DNA of 64,000 nucleotides from Squalus acanthias (lineage: Eukaryota), in assembly GCA_030390025.1 (NCBI GenBank), contig CM059432.1, positions 120,406,001 through 120,470,000 on the forward strand. Direction: 5' to 3'. A program made the position numbers and the translations under genes. The notes below the pieces were generated by a model. That model saw nothing but the letters and a program-made list of their open reading frames with translations. It was not told where the DNA came from and ran no database searches. This document shows positions 34,817 to 46,070 of the stretch, piece after piece (the first letter of the stretch is position 1; each line of letters opens with the position of its first letter).

Positions 34817-37616
34817 TTTGTGTCTTAATGCAAGGAGCATTTGGAACAAGGTGGATGAATTAGCTGCGCAAATAGAGGTAAATGAAAACGATTTGATTGG
34901 GATTACAGAAACATGGCTCCAGGGTGGCCAAGGCTGGGAACTCAACATCCAGGGGTATTCAATATTTAGGAAAGATAGACAAAAAAGAAAGGGAGGTGGG
35001 GTAGCATTGCTGGTTAAAGAGGGGATTAACACAATTGAAAGGAAGGATATTAGCTCTGATGATGCGGAATCTGTATGGGTAGAACTGAGAAATAACAAGG
35101 GGCAGAAAATGTTAGTGGGAGTGGTATATAGACCTCCAAACAGTAATACGGAGGTTGGGGATGGCATTAAAAGAGAAATTAGAGAAGCATGCAGTAAGGG
35201 CACAGCAGTCATCATGGGTGACATTAATTTACATATAAATTGGGCTAACCAAATTAGTAAAAATACTGTGGAGGAGGAATTCCTAGAATGTTTACGGGAT
35301 GGTTTTCTGGAACAATATGTCGAGGAACCAACCAGAGATCAGGCCATCTTAGACTGGGTATTATGTAACGAGAAAGGATTAATTAGCAATCTTGTTGTAC
35401 GAGGCCCCTTGGGTCAGAGTGATCATAATATGATAGAATTCTTCATTAGGATGGAGAGTGAAGTAATTGAATCAGAGACTAGGATCCTGAATTTAAATAA
35501 AGGAAACTATGATGGTATGAGGCGCGAATTGGGTAGGATTGATTGGGGAATGTCGCTCAAAGGGTTGACGGTGGATAGGCAATGGCAAACATTCAAAGAC
35601 TGCATGGATGAACTACAGAATTTGTTCATCCCAGTGTGGCATAAGAATAAAACAAAAAGGGTGACTCAACCGTGGCTAACAAGGGAAATTAGGGATAGCA
35701 TAAGATCCAAGGAGAGGGCATATAAATTGGCCAGAAAAAGCGGTAACCCTGAGGATTGGGAGCAGTTTAAGATTCAACAAAGGAGGACAAAGGGATTAAT
35801 TAAGAAGGGGAAAATAGAATATGAAAGTAAGCTTGCAGGGAACATAAAAACTGACTGTAAGAGCTTTTATAGATATGTGAAGAGAAAAAGATTAGTGAAA
35901 TCAAGTGTAGGTCCCTTGCAGTCAGAAGCGGGGGAAGTTATAATGGGGAACAAAGAAATGGCAGACCAATTAAATGCATATTTTGGTTCTGTCTTCACAA
36001 AGGAGGACACAAATAACCTCCCAGAGATGCTGGAGAACATACAGTCTGATGAAAGGGAGGAACTGAAAGAAATCAGTATTTGCAGGGAAATGGTGTTAGG
36101 GAAATTGATGGAATTGAAGGCTGATAAATCCCCAGGGCCTGATAATCTACATCCTAGGGTACTTAAGGAAGTGGCCCTAGAAATAGTAGAGGCATTGCTG
36201 ATCATCTTCCAACATTCCATGGAATCTGGAACTGTACCCATGGATTGGAGGGTAGCTAATGTTACCCGACTATTCAAAAAGTGTGGTAGAGAGAAAGTGG
36301 GGAATTACAGACCGGTAAGCCTGACATCGGTAGTGGGGAAAATGCTAGAGTCCATTATAAAGGATGTAATAGCTGAGCACTTGAAAAATAGTGACAGGAT
36401 CGGACAAAGTCAACATGGATTTACAAAAGGTAAATTGTGCTTGACTAATCTACTGGAATTTTTTGAGGATGTAACTGGGAAAATAGATAAGGGAGAACCA
36501 GTAGATGTGGTGTATTTGGACTTTCAAAAGGCTTTCGATAAGGTCCCGCATAAGAGATTAGCGTGTAAAGTTAAGGCACATGGGATTGGGGGCAAGGTAT
36601 TGAATTGGATAGAAAACTGGTTGGCGGACAGAAAGCAAAGAGTAGGAATTAATGGGTCTATTTCCGAGTGGCAAGCAGTGACTAGCGGGGTACCGCAGGG
36701 ATCGGTCCTTGGACCCCAGCTATTCACAATATATATTAATGATCTAGATAAGGGAACTAAATGTAATATCTCCAAGTTTGCAGATGACACAAAGCAAGGT
36801 GGGAGTGTGTGCTGCGAGGAGGATACCGAGAAACTCCAGGATGATTCGGACAGGTTGGGTGAGTGGGCAGAAGCGTGGCAGATGCAATATAACGTGGATA
36901 AATGCGAGGTTATCCACTTTGGTGTCAAAAACAGAAAGGCAGACTATTATCTGAATGGTAATAGATTGGGAGAAGGGGAAGTGCAACGAGACCTGGGTGT
37001 CCTTGTGCACCAGTCGCTGAAGGTAAGCATGCAGGTGCAGCAGGCGGTGAAGAAGGCAAATGGTATGTTGGCCTTCATAGCGAAAGGGTTTGAGTATAGG
37101 AACAGGGATGTCCTGCTGCAGTTGTACAGGGCCTTGGTGAGACCACACCTTGAGTATTGTGTACAGTTTTGGTCGCCTTATCTGAGGAAGGATGTTCTTG
37201 CCATGGAGGGTGTTCAGCGAAGATTCACAAGGCTGATACCTGGGATGGCAGGAATGACATATGAGGAGAAATTGGGTCGATTGGGCTTATACTCGCTGGA
37301 GTATAGAAGAATGAGAGGGGATCTCATCGAAACATATAAAATTCTGACAGGTCTGGACAAACTAGATGCAGGAAGAATGTTCCCGATGGTCAGAGAGTCC
37401 AGAACCAGGGGTCATAATCTAAGGATAAGGGGTAAGCCATTTCGGACAGAAATGAGGAAGAATTTCTTCACCCAGAGAGTGATGAACCTGTGGAATTCTC
37501 TACCACAGAAGGTAGTTGAGGCCAAGTCATTAAATATATTCAAGAATGAGTTAGATATATTTCTTAAAGCTAAAGGTATCAAGGGATATGGGGAGAAGGC
37601 AGGTACAGGGTACTGA
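34791..37616 (+). CDS. CR1 ORF2, AP endonuclease plus reverse transcriptase (941 aa open frame; first residues MITE-derived)
   Basis: EN motifs NARS, ITETW, YRPP, GDIN, SDHN; RT motifs YRPVSL, QHGF, YLDFQKAFD, GVPQGSVLGP, FADD. Confidence 0.92.
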   Translation: MGRDSIFTPLCLNARSIWNKVDELAAQIEVNENDLIGITETWLQGGQGWELNIQGYSIFRKDRQKRKGGGVALLVKEGINTIERKDISSDDAESVWVELRNNKGQKMLVGVVYRPPNSNTEVGDGIKREIREACSKGTAVIMGDINLHINWANQISKNTVEEEFLECLRDGFLEQYVEEPTRDQAILDWVLCNEKGLISNLVVRGPLGQSDHNMIEFFIRMESEVIESETRILNLNKGNYDGMRRELGRIDWGMSLKGLTVDRQWQTFKDCMDELQNLFIPVWHKNKTKRVTQPWLTREIRDSIRSKERAYKLARKSGNPEDWEQFKIQQRRTKGLIKKGKIEYESKLAGNIKTDCKSFYRYVKRKRLVKSSVGPLQSEAGEVIMGNKEMADQLNAYFGSVFTKEDTNNLPEMLENIQSDEREELKEISICREMVLGKLMELKADKSPGPDNLHPRVLKEVALEIVEALLIIFQHSMESGTVPMDWRVANVTRLFKKCGREKVGNYRPVSLTSVVGKMLESIIKDVIAEHLKNSDRIGQSQHGFTKGKLCLTNLLEFFEDVTGKIDKGEPVDVVYLDFQKAFDKVPHKRLACKVKAHGIGGKVLNWIENWLADRKQRVGINGSISEWQAVTSGVPQGSVLGPQLFTIYINDLDKGTKCNISKFADDTKQGGSVCCEEDTEKLQDDSDRLGEWAEAWQMQYNVDKCEVIHFGVKNRKADYYLNGNRLGEGEVQRDLGVLVHQSLKVSMQVQQAVKKANGMLAFIAKGFEYRNRDVLLQLYRALVRPHLEYCVQFWSPYLRKDVLAMEGVQRRFTRLIPGMAGMTYEEKLGRLGLYSLEYRRMRGDLIETYKILTGLDKLDAGRMFPMVRESRTRGHNLRIRGKPFRTEMRKNFFTQRVMNLWNSLPQKVVEAKSLNIFKNELDIFLKAKGIKGYGEKAGTGY

Positions 37617-38399
37617 GTTAGAATGATCAGCCATGATCTCATTGAATGGCGGAGCAGGCTCGAGGGGCCGAATGGCCTACTCCTGCTCCTATCTTCTATG
37701 TTTCTATGTATGGTGGGGCTTTGTTTTCTACTGTGGTGTAACAGCAATTGAATAATGTTCTGTTCGGTAGCCATCCTTGTTTCTGAGGCAAGAGTTTCTT
37801 TGGGTGCTTCAGCCCTGTGCAACACTGCTCTTCGATTTATTCTACCAGTTAATAAACAGCCAAACCTTTAGTTATCCGGTTTCTGTTGAAATTCCAGACA
37901 TCACAGGGTGGAAAAAATCACTTTCTTCCCCAGATCAAAAGGGGATGACTGTTTTGATAATAATAAAGATTTTTTTTGTTTCAAAGGGCTGCAGTCTTCA
38001 TGAAAAAGTGTTTGTGAACCTTTACTTGGGGAGAGAGAGACAAGCCGTTGTGCTTAATTAACTCGATGATTTATTTAAATAAAAAATAACAAAAAATAAC
38101 CTCACTGTGCTGTGTGATTGTAAACAGATAAAAAAGTTTGGCAAACACAAAGATATCGGGTTTTTCATCTATGAACGCAATTCTTTTAACATGTGCCTTT
38201 TCTGCCCGCTAAAGCTTACGATATATGCTTCCCTTCCCATTCATTATTGTGTGAGTACTTTCTGTTCTCTTCACTGGGTTCTCAGATTTTATAGTAACAC
38301 ATTACAACAATTTGCAATTGCATAGTTACATGATTGTAAGGGAATATTCCAAGGCACTTAATGGGGCGGGTGGTGGGGGAGTGGGGGGATGTGGAGGAG

Positions 38400-39010
38400 G
38401 GCAAAACTTTAGGGAAGAGTTCGGGGAGATGACCAAAATATTGGTCGAAGAAAATTAGTAAGAAGGAGAGCATGAGAAAAGAATCCAGAGTGTTGGGAGC
38501 CGATGACTGAAGACTCTGTCGCAGATCTTAGGCAGAAGAAGGGCTTGGAAACACATAGTAGACCAGTGTTGAAATAATAGATTCTGTGAGCTGGTGAGTT
38601 GGGTTGAAGGGGGTTGCAGTGGTGAACATGGAAGGTATTTCGAAATGAGGACGATAATTTTTAAATCATTGGACTGAGAGCCAAAGGAGGCTGGGACATA
38701 GTACTGGATATGATACAGGTTGCAGATTTCTGAATGAACTGGAGTATATCTAGGGTGTAATTCGGGAGGCTGGTGAGGAGAGTATAGGAGAAGGCAGGCT
38801 TGCAGGTGATAAAGTCATACTGAGAGTTTTGGCGGTGGTCAGGGTGAGGTAAGGACAGAGATGGATGAGATTACTCAGGAAAAAATAGGTGGTCTTGGTA
38901 ATCGGTAGGATATAGGGTTTGAAGTTCAGGTCAGGGTTTAGGAGATCAGAGCACACTTAGGTTTAGCCTGACCAAGTAGCTGGGAAGAAGAATAGAATTC
39001 AGAGATAGGA
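38400..39010 (-). mobile_element. Old L2 LINE fragment
   Basis: LNFKPYILPITKTTYFFLSNL resembles MSFRPHIRSITKTAHFHLRNI of the L2 at 49813-50997. Confidence 0.6.
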
Positions 39011-39074
39011 TGCAAATTTTCTGAGACAGGGTCTTACCCAAATGGCCATCCTTTATGTCAATGGTTCTCAAAAT

Positions 39075-39529
39075 GAAAGAAAAAGAAAGACTTGCATTTA
39101 TGTAGCGCCTTTCACGACCACTGGATGTCACAAAGTGCTTTACAGCCAATGAAGTACTTTTTGAAGTGTAGTCACTGTTGTAATGTAGGAAATGTGGGAG
39201 CCAATTTGCACACAGCAAGCTCCCACAATATGATAATGACCAGATAATCTGTTTTTGTTGTGTTGACTGAGGGATAAATATTGGTCAGGACACCGTGGAT
39301 AACTCCTTTGCTCTTCTTCGCAAAAAGTGCCATGGGATTATTGACGTCCACCTGAGAGAGGAGTTTAATGTCTCATCTGAAAAATGGCAACCTCTGACAG
39401 TGCAGCACTCCTTCAGTACTGCACTGGAGTGTCAGCTTAAATTTTGTGCTCAAGTCCCTGCAGTGGGACTGTGAACCTACAACCTTCTAACTCAGAGGTG
39501 AGAGTGCTACCACTGAGCCACAGCTGACA
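39075..39529 (-). mobile_element. tRNA-derived DeuSINE (SacSINE1-like), full length
   Basis: A box TGGCTCAGTGG, degenerate B box, Deu-like core (gatgagacattaaac..atcccatggcact..ggtgtcctgaccaa), L2-like tail gcgctacataaatgcaagtctttc. Confidence 0.82.
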
Positions 39530-40241
39530 ACTGGGGCCTGCGGACCTCTTGGAGGTCTGTAGAAAGTTTCCAGGAGTTCTGCGACCTGGGGTAATTTCAA
39601 GCCTGCTTCTCTTTATAAAACTGACACTGATTCAGTTTTTGCGAATTATACTCAACGCTGAGCCCGCCTCCTCACAGAGGCGCACAGCTCTCACTCACTT
39701 TGCAACAAGCGCCCCCTGCCAGTCGAGCCGGTTACTCTCCCTGGCGCCAGGACCCTGTGCCAATCCTCCCGACACATGATCAAAGCGCCTACAAGGCCCT
39801 TCAAACACATGCCTGAACGTGTTCATGCAAACACGTATAATCCCACAGTGCAGTTGTTACAGAACACGCCAGTGGGACAGTATGGCGGTGAGTCGTGCTT
39901 CCAGCAGCATCCCAGCATGTGAATGGGTGCTCATGCCCTCACTCACCTTGGCCAGCCTGCTGACGGCTTTAAAAATTGTCCAGCACTAAGTGGCTAATAG
40001 TGGCCATCTGTGGTTGCGGAGTACAGAATTGATTTTGAAATCAGGCACACCCATCACACTGATATCTGTAAGTAGATACCTGTTTACTTAAAAGCACTAT
40101 TAAAACACTATTTAGATGCAGCCCTTTCTATTACAATTTAGATGGGGGGCGGGTGTCTGTGATTACTGATCCATTTGAAAAGGCATCCTTCAACCAAAAT
40201 AGTTTAAGAACCACTGCTTTACGTGTTGTCTTATACACTGA

Positions 40242-42860
40242 GGGCTGGATTTTGCGGGGGGTCAGTGGGCGCGATTGGTGGCGGGTCGGGTGGGAAAGTG
40301 TTTTTTTTCCCCAGCGGGTCGGGACCCCGCTATGAACCTGCTGCCACGCGCCTATCCCCGATGTCGGGTCTGTCAGCGTTGAGCAGACCCGACACGTAGC
40401 GGTGGGTTCACAGCGGGTGACCCAATTCAAGTAATTAGTGGCTGGTTTAGAGGTATTTAAGAATGAATTTCAGCTCACCTTCTGCATTTGACAGGTCGTC
40501 CATGGGGTCCACACTGTTCATGGACTGCGTCTGTCAAGTTGAGGTGGGAGTTCAGTGGCCATTGAATCTGCTGTTGAGTTGACAGCTTCAAATGTACAGT
40601 AAAAGCTCCCACCTTACAGAGATATCTTCCATCAGCCACAAACTCTTCCTCACTGCATTTCCACAACAGATCCACCATGCTGCAAGTCTTTACACAAGTC
40701 TCCATCCAGTCTGACCTCATTACCTTTCCTACCAATGACAGATCGCTTCTGTCATCTCGACTTCACCTGCCATCTATTCCATCAGCATGAGTGTCCTTTA
40801 TACTCTCACACCTTGATCCTCAGAATCCCACCACGATCAGCCCCAACACCAGCAGCACCAACAACAACATCAGCAACCTTCTCCGCAATCAACTGATGCT
40901 GCACAGGACAGAGGGCATGAGCACCCAAGCACATTGCTGCCCGGGAGGCCAGGGATGACCTCACCAAAGCCAGATTTACTTCACTTGATGCTGTGCACCC
41001 TGGCTACCACATGATGCAGCAGGTTGGCACTACCCCACACCAACACCATAAAGCATCCCTACAATGCCCAAGCCATTCCTTTTATACTCATCACCATTGC
41101 GGGGGGTACCGTTATGTCTCACCATTCACTGCAACTTACTAAGCCACTTTGAAAGTTGCACACAAATCTGTCCAAGAACGTAAAGTGTTGAAACTAAAGG
41201 TTTCAATGATTGACACCACATTAACAGAAACTTTACATGAACTTTGGATAAAACACCCAAGTGCCTACCCTTGTGTGTTGTTAGTTGGTATGATTGCACT
41301 CGGATGAGGGTGAGTGTGAGCGTTGGCTAATGAGATGGGGATATGATAATATAGATAGAGAGGGATGGGTTGAGGTCCAAGGTAATTTGGTGTGAGTAAA
41401 GATGTGCAGGAGTAGGGGAGGGAAGGCAGAGTGATGGAGATGTGATCAGAGGCACAACAGGATGAGGTTGAGTGTGGCTTTGTAGTATTGTTTCGTGATC
41501 TACTGAGATCATTGAAAGGTTTGCAGCACTGCACCCAGGTTCTCCTGATGACATCCCTGCTTGTGCCCTCCTCTGCAATGTGCAACCAGGCTGTTTTGAT
41601 TAACAAGGTGCGCACAGTGTAAGCATGTAGCTCTTGCTTTCTCGCCCTCCCCTCACCACAACTCTACACTGTGCCTTCCTCATTTCACACGCCCAAGAAA
41701 TCCAGCCTGCCCAGCCAGTGGTTGACGAAGAATAGGAAGAGGAGAGTGAAGAAGAAGAAACACCATCACTCGATTTCACACTCCCAGCCACCAGTTCCTT
41801 GAGGTTGTCCGGCAAGGTCATTTGCAGTGTCCCCCACTGAAAGTCAGCAGCCTTCCACCAGCCATGGTGCAGCCACTGGGGTAGCACTGCGTGACATCAG
41901 TAGGATAGGCAAAGGCACACACAAGACAGTCACTAATGGAATGCACACGGGTGATTAGTTGTTTTTTTGATGTCATATTGGATGGATACATTTATAAAGT
42001 TGGATTGGAAAGTTTGCTTTGTGCTGGCTTTTATTTCAGCATTGTGGCCAAGAGGACGCTGTGATGGTCATTAACAGGAAAGGTAAGGTGTAGGACTAAT
42101 GTTGAAAGGGGAATTGGGGTTGTGGTCTCTGGTATTGCAGACTGATGATTCCATTCTGGATATCCCGGCCAGAAAGAGGCTGTCTGAGTTGCATCCTTCC
42201 TTCCGCTTCCTCCTCTTCTGCTTCCTCCTCACCCCTCTGTGAACAGGTGCTGGAAATCTGAAATAAAAGCAGAAAATTCTGGAAATATTCAGCTGCTCAG
42301 GCAGCTTCTCGACCTGAGATGTTAACTCTGTTTCTCTCTCCATGGACACTGCCTGACCTGCTGAGCATCTCCAGCATTTTATATCCTCTCAGAGGCCTTC
42401 CTTTATGATTCAAAATCTTTCAAGCATCCAGCAGCAGTCCCTGCACACTTCAAAAACTTTTACCATCTATTGCACCAAGCTACTACTTCAATAAAATATT
42501 AAAAAAACAGTCCAACTGCTTAAATCCAAACTTCCCTGAAAGATGTGTGTGTCCCTTTAAGAAGCGCTTCAGCATTTCTGCAAGGCTGCTTCACGCACGC
42601 TTTTCTGAGCGTGCTGAGGTCCTGGCGATAAACAGAGCGAGAATATCCAAGTTTGCAGGCGTGGCATCAGTCAGGTGTTGCATGCCGATTGACATCACGA
42701 TCTGCTCATTTACATTTCAGGGCCCAGCGTTGTCCACAGCAGCCCGATGGCCCTTACCAAGATGGCGGCAGTCGTGTCACACGCCGGAAGCGTGGCAGCG
42801 CCATTTTTTTCCAGCAAACCAGTGTTAATGGCTGGCACTCAGGAATGGAATTTCTAGGCC
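40242..42860. mobile_element. Composite of two internally deleted Harbinger elements
   Basis: Family A TIR gggctggattttgc; fused transposase termini at 40840-40980 (+); Myb remnant at 41265-41615 (-); second element remnants from ~41660 to TIR-like gaatttctaggcc. Confidence 0.7.
42248..42380. mobile_element. Penelope pLTR fragments in inverted arrangement
   Basis: Minus-strand end 42248-42306 joined to a plus-strand piece starting gacctgagatgttaactctg. Confidence 0.7.
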
Positions 42861-43084
42861 ATAGTTCCTTACGTTGTCTAATGGATAAGAGCTAGTGGGT
42901 ACTAAATTGTACAGAGCAGATGCTTCTAGATTTTATTCCTATTTGTGCTGAATTAGTTCATTGTGTGGGGACAGCACCTGGGCATTACAGTTGGCTTTGG
43001 TGCTCTTAGGTTAAGGAAGGACAAATTGCCCCAGCGCTGCGGCTGATAAGTGCGTATGTGTATGTATAATTTTTTTTTACAGCT

Positions 43085-43417
43085 TATCGTTTTACATACA
43101 GACGGCAGCTTTTGACACGTTAGACCCCCTGCGACTCCACCTCATTGTCTCAGTTGTATCTTGCTATGTCTTTGATGTGGTACCTTCCTGGCTGACCTGA
43201 TTAACTTTATCACACCTCGGCAGATAGTCAGGATGATTTAATTTAGTTGTCTGCAATTGTAAGGTACACATGCATTGTTCTCTATCTATATATGCTTTGT
43301 CGAGTCTGTATTTCTTTACTACTTCACCTGAGGAAGGGGCGATCGATAGCTCCGAAAGCTTGTGATTTCAAATAAAACTGTTGGACTATAACCTGGTGTT
43401 GTGCGACCTCTACATTG
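43085..43417 (+). mobile_element. Second probable Penelope-like family terminal fragment
   Basis: Hammerhead motif followed by aataaa and ctgttggactataacctggtgttgtg; no coding sequence visible; left boundary approximate. Confidence 0.6.
43324..43365 (+). ncRNA. Minimal type I hammerhead ribozyme motif (second family)
   Basis: UCAC CUGAGGA A GGGGC GAUCGAUA GCUCC GAAA GCUU GUGA. Confidence 0.75.
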
Positions 43418-43551
43418 GGATAGCCAGTGCTTTCAGGAGAGGAGTGAAGAAAGCTGGATAGAAAATAGACTCACATTACGGCACTTCAACTCAATCACCT
43501 CGTTAGATACTTACTTTTCTTTTCTCCCTGAATCTTCATACATTTACCCCT

Positions 43552-43976
43552 TTCGATTAGGCTTATATTAAAGAATGAGAGGGGCTCTCATTGAAACTTA
43601 TAAAATTCTAACAGGACTAGACAGACTAGATGCAGGAAGGATGTTCCCGATGGCAGGGGAGTCCAGAACCAGAGGTCACAGTCTAAGGATAAGGGGTAAG
43701 CCATTTAGGACTGAGATGAGGAGGAATTTCTTCACCCAGAGAGTGGTGAACCTGTGGAATTCTTTACCACAGAAGGCAGTTGAGGCCAATTCATTAAATA
43801 TATTCAAGAAGGAGATAGATATATTTCTTAAGGCTAAAGGGATCAAGGGATATGGGGAGAAAGCAGGGACAGGATGAATTTGGATGATCAGCCATGATCT
43901 CATTAAATGGCGGAGCAGGCTCGAGGGGCCGAATGGCCTACTCCTGCTCCTATCTTCTATGCTTCTATGTTTCTAT
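43552..43976 (+). mobile_element. CR1 3' fragment, same subfamily as the full-length copy
   Basis: Near-identical peptide to the ORF2 C-terminus at 37310-37616. Confidence 0.92.
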
Positions 43977-44329
43977 AACATCAAAAGGAAATAATCCCCA
44001 AACAGGCCAAGTGTTTGATGCAGTTTTGCTGCAGTTTACTTGACAGACCAATACTCCTGATGAAACCCGAATATCAGGCAATTTGTAAAATAATTTCAGC
44101 TGAAAATATACTTTCATTGCTTTCTTCGCTTTCAGAATTCAGGAGAGATCTATAAACATTGGAGGGAATTGCTTCCTTTTTCCTTCCCGGGCTGTCAGCT
44201 GCAGCAGTGTGCCAGAATGTACCAATACTGAGTTTATTGCCAGTACTTAAATGGGGAAAATATAAAAAAAGAATGTCTATACAATAAAATATAAGTTCCT
44301 TCCTCCTCACTTTGGTTGTAGGCACCAAA

Positions 44330-44496
44330 GGGCCCGATTTTAACCCAGAGCGGGAATCGGGTGGGCGTGGAGTGAGGTGAACACCAACTTCCCTCCCTGA
44401 CCGTGGCGATTTTAACTCCCGGACCTCATCTGTAAGCCCCTGGTCAGTCGCCCACCTGAAACCAGCCGAAGGGCAGGTAGGGTTAAAATCGCCCCT
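44330..44496. mobile_element. Short MITE (167 bp)
   Basis: TIRs gggcccgattttaaccc / gggttaaaatcgcccct. Confidence 0.7.
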
Positions 44497-45581
44497 TAAA
44501 ATTCATCTCGCAACAGTCACATTTGCCCATTCTTGCCAAAATCCAAACTTTTTATTTTGTCATTTCAGATTTTAATCCTGATTCAGAATAAATGAGTTCG
44601 ACCCCACTGCCTCCTTGAAAATTTAATTACAAAAATAACACTCCCCTCCCCACAGAACACAGTTCATGACTTTTCAGAGCATGTGGGAATGTTTGGAAAC
44701 TTGAAAGCGTCAATAGATTTACTGATGACAAGGAAGGAATGGTTGATCCTGATTATTCATGCAAATTAATCTGACGAGTGGATTGTAATCAGTCTGTTAC
44801 TGCGATACTTAGGATGGTTTAAAAACATAAAACTAAAGCACTGATACTTTCCACATATAGTTAATCAGATAAATCATGAAGTATTTTCTCTGGTAGTTGT
44901 CCGTGTACCTTTAAACACTTCGGACAGGTTCCATCATTTGTGTTTTATTGCCCTATCAAATAATTACAAACTAAGTACACACTGAACTTCGAACTCGTTT
45001 ACTACATTTACCTCACTACATCAAAGATTAGATTCATCTGGCTATAATAGGCAGTGGGCCTAATTATATCTTCTTTATGCTTCAGCTGTAGATTGGATGG
45101 TTTTGCACGCAAGCAACACCAATTAGCATGCGTAAGAATAATTATCTTAAGTAACTTATAAAGTATTACATAGAATTTACAGCACAGAAACAGGCCATTT
45201 GGCCCATCAGGTCCATGCCGGACTTTATGAGCCTCCTCCCTTACGCTGGTTTTTATGCTACACCCGAGTTTCCTTGATCTTTTGCACCGATTCTGTGAAA
45301 CCCTGTGCCTCTCGTTAACATAGACCCGCCCCACACTAAAGAGCAGCTCACGTGAATTTCCTCCATTTACGGCAGTTTGCTACGAGTGTAGATTTACGCC
45401 AAGAATTTAGGCACAGCAGGGACCAAAGCAACTATGGATTTTTGCAGCTGTCTTTTTTGGTGATTTAAAAAAAAGGTTTCCTGACTGAGAGCTGCACTGT
45501 ATTTTCTATATCTTTGAATGCTTTTTTTTATGGCATCAGAAAGTGTTACGTTAAAAATTGAAAGTTTCCACGATTCCATTT

Positions 45582-46070
45582 CATAGAATCATAGAATCAT
45601 ATAAACTTACAGCACAGAAGGAGGCTACTCGGCCCGTCGTGCCTGTGCGGGCTCTTTGAAAGAGCAGTCGTGCTTAGTCCCACACCCCCGCTTTTTGTCC
45701 GTAACCCTGTAAGTTCCTCATCTTCAAGTACCTGTCCAACTGCCTTTAAAATTATTCATGGAATCGGCTTCCACCACCTTTTCAGGTAGTGCGTTCTCCG
45801 ACAACTCTGAGTGAAAAAAATTCTCCTCATCTCCCCTCTCGATCTTTTTCAATGATGTTGAATCTATGACCTCTAGTTATTGACCCACTTACCAGAGGGA
45901 ATAGTTTTTCTCTACCTACTCAATCAAAACCTCTCATCATCTTGAAAACCTCTATTAGGTCACCTCTTATCCTTCCCTGTTCCAAGGAGAACAGTCCTAA
46001 CTTTTCCAACCTCTCCTCACAACTGAAGTCCTTCATCCTTGGTAACATCCTTGTAAACCTCCTCTGCACA
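45582..46070 (-). mobile_element. CR1 3' fragment
   Basis: catagaat tandem tail and decayed ORF2 end. Confidence 0.8.

Larger units (their letters stand above)
32456..37710 (+). mobile_element. Full-length CR1 LINE (5' UTR repeats, ORF1, ORF2, 3' UTR), interrupted by a MITE
   Basis: Both ORFs in order; 3' hairpin gcaggctcgaggggccgaatggcctactcctgc; ttctatgt tail. Confidence 0.95.

Noticed and set aside
35867..37148. Minus-strand ORFs over CR1 ORF2
   Set aside because: Antisense shadows of the RT frame, recurring in every CR1 copy.
39430..39529. tRNA gene (also ~20500-20569 and ~27390-27458)
   Set aside because: These are SINE heads with A/B boxes; no complete cloverleaf is evident.
45013..45086. 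Minus-strand exon candidate LKHKEDIIRPTAYYSQMNLIFDVV
   Set aside because: Weak pyrimidine tract, unrecognised peptide and no partner exons.
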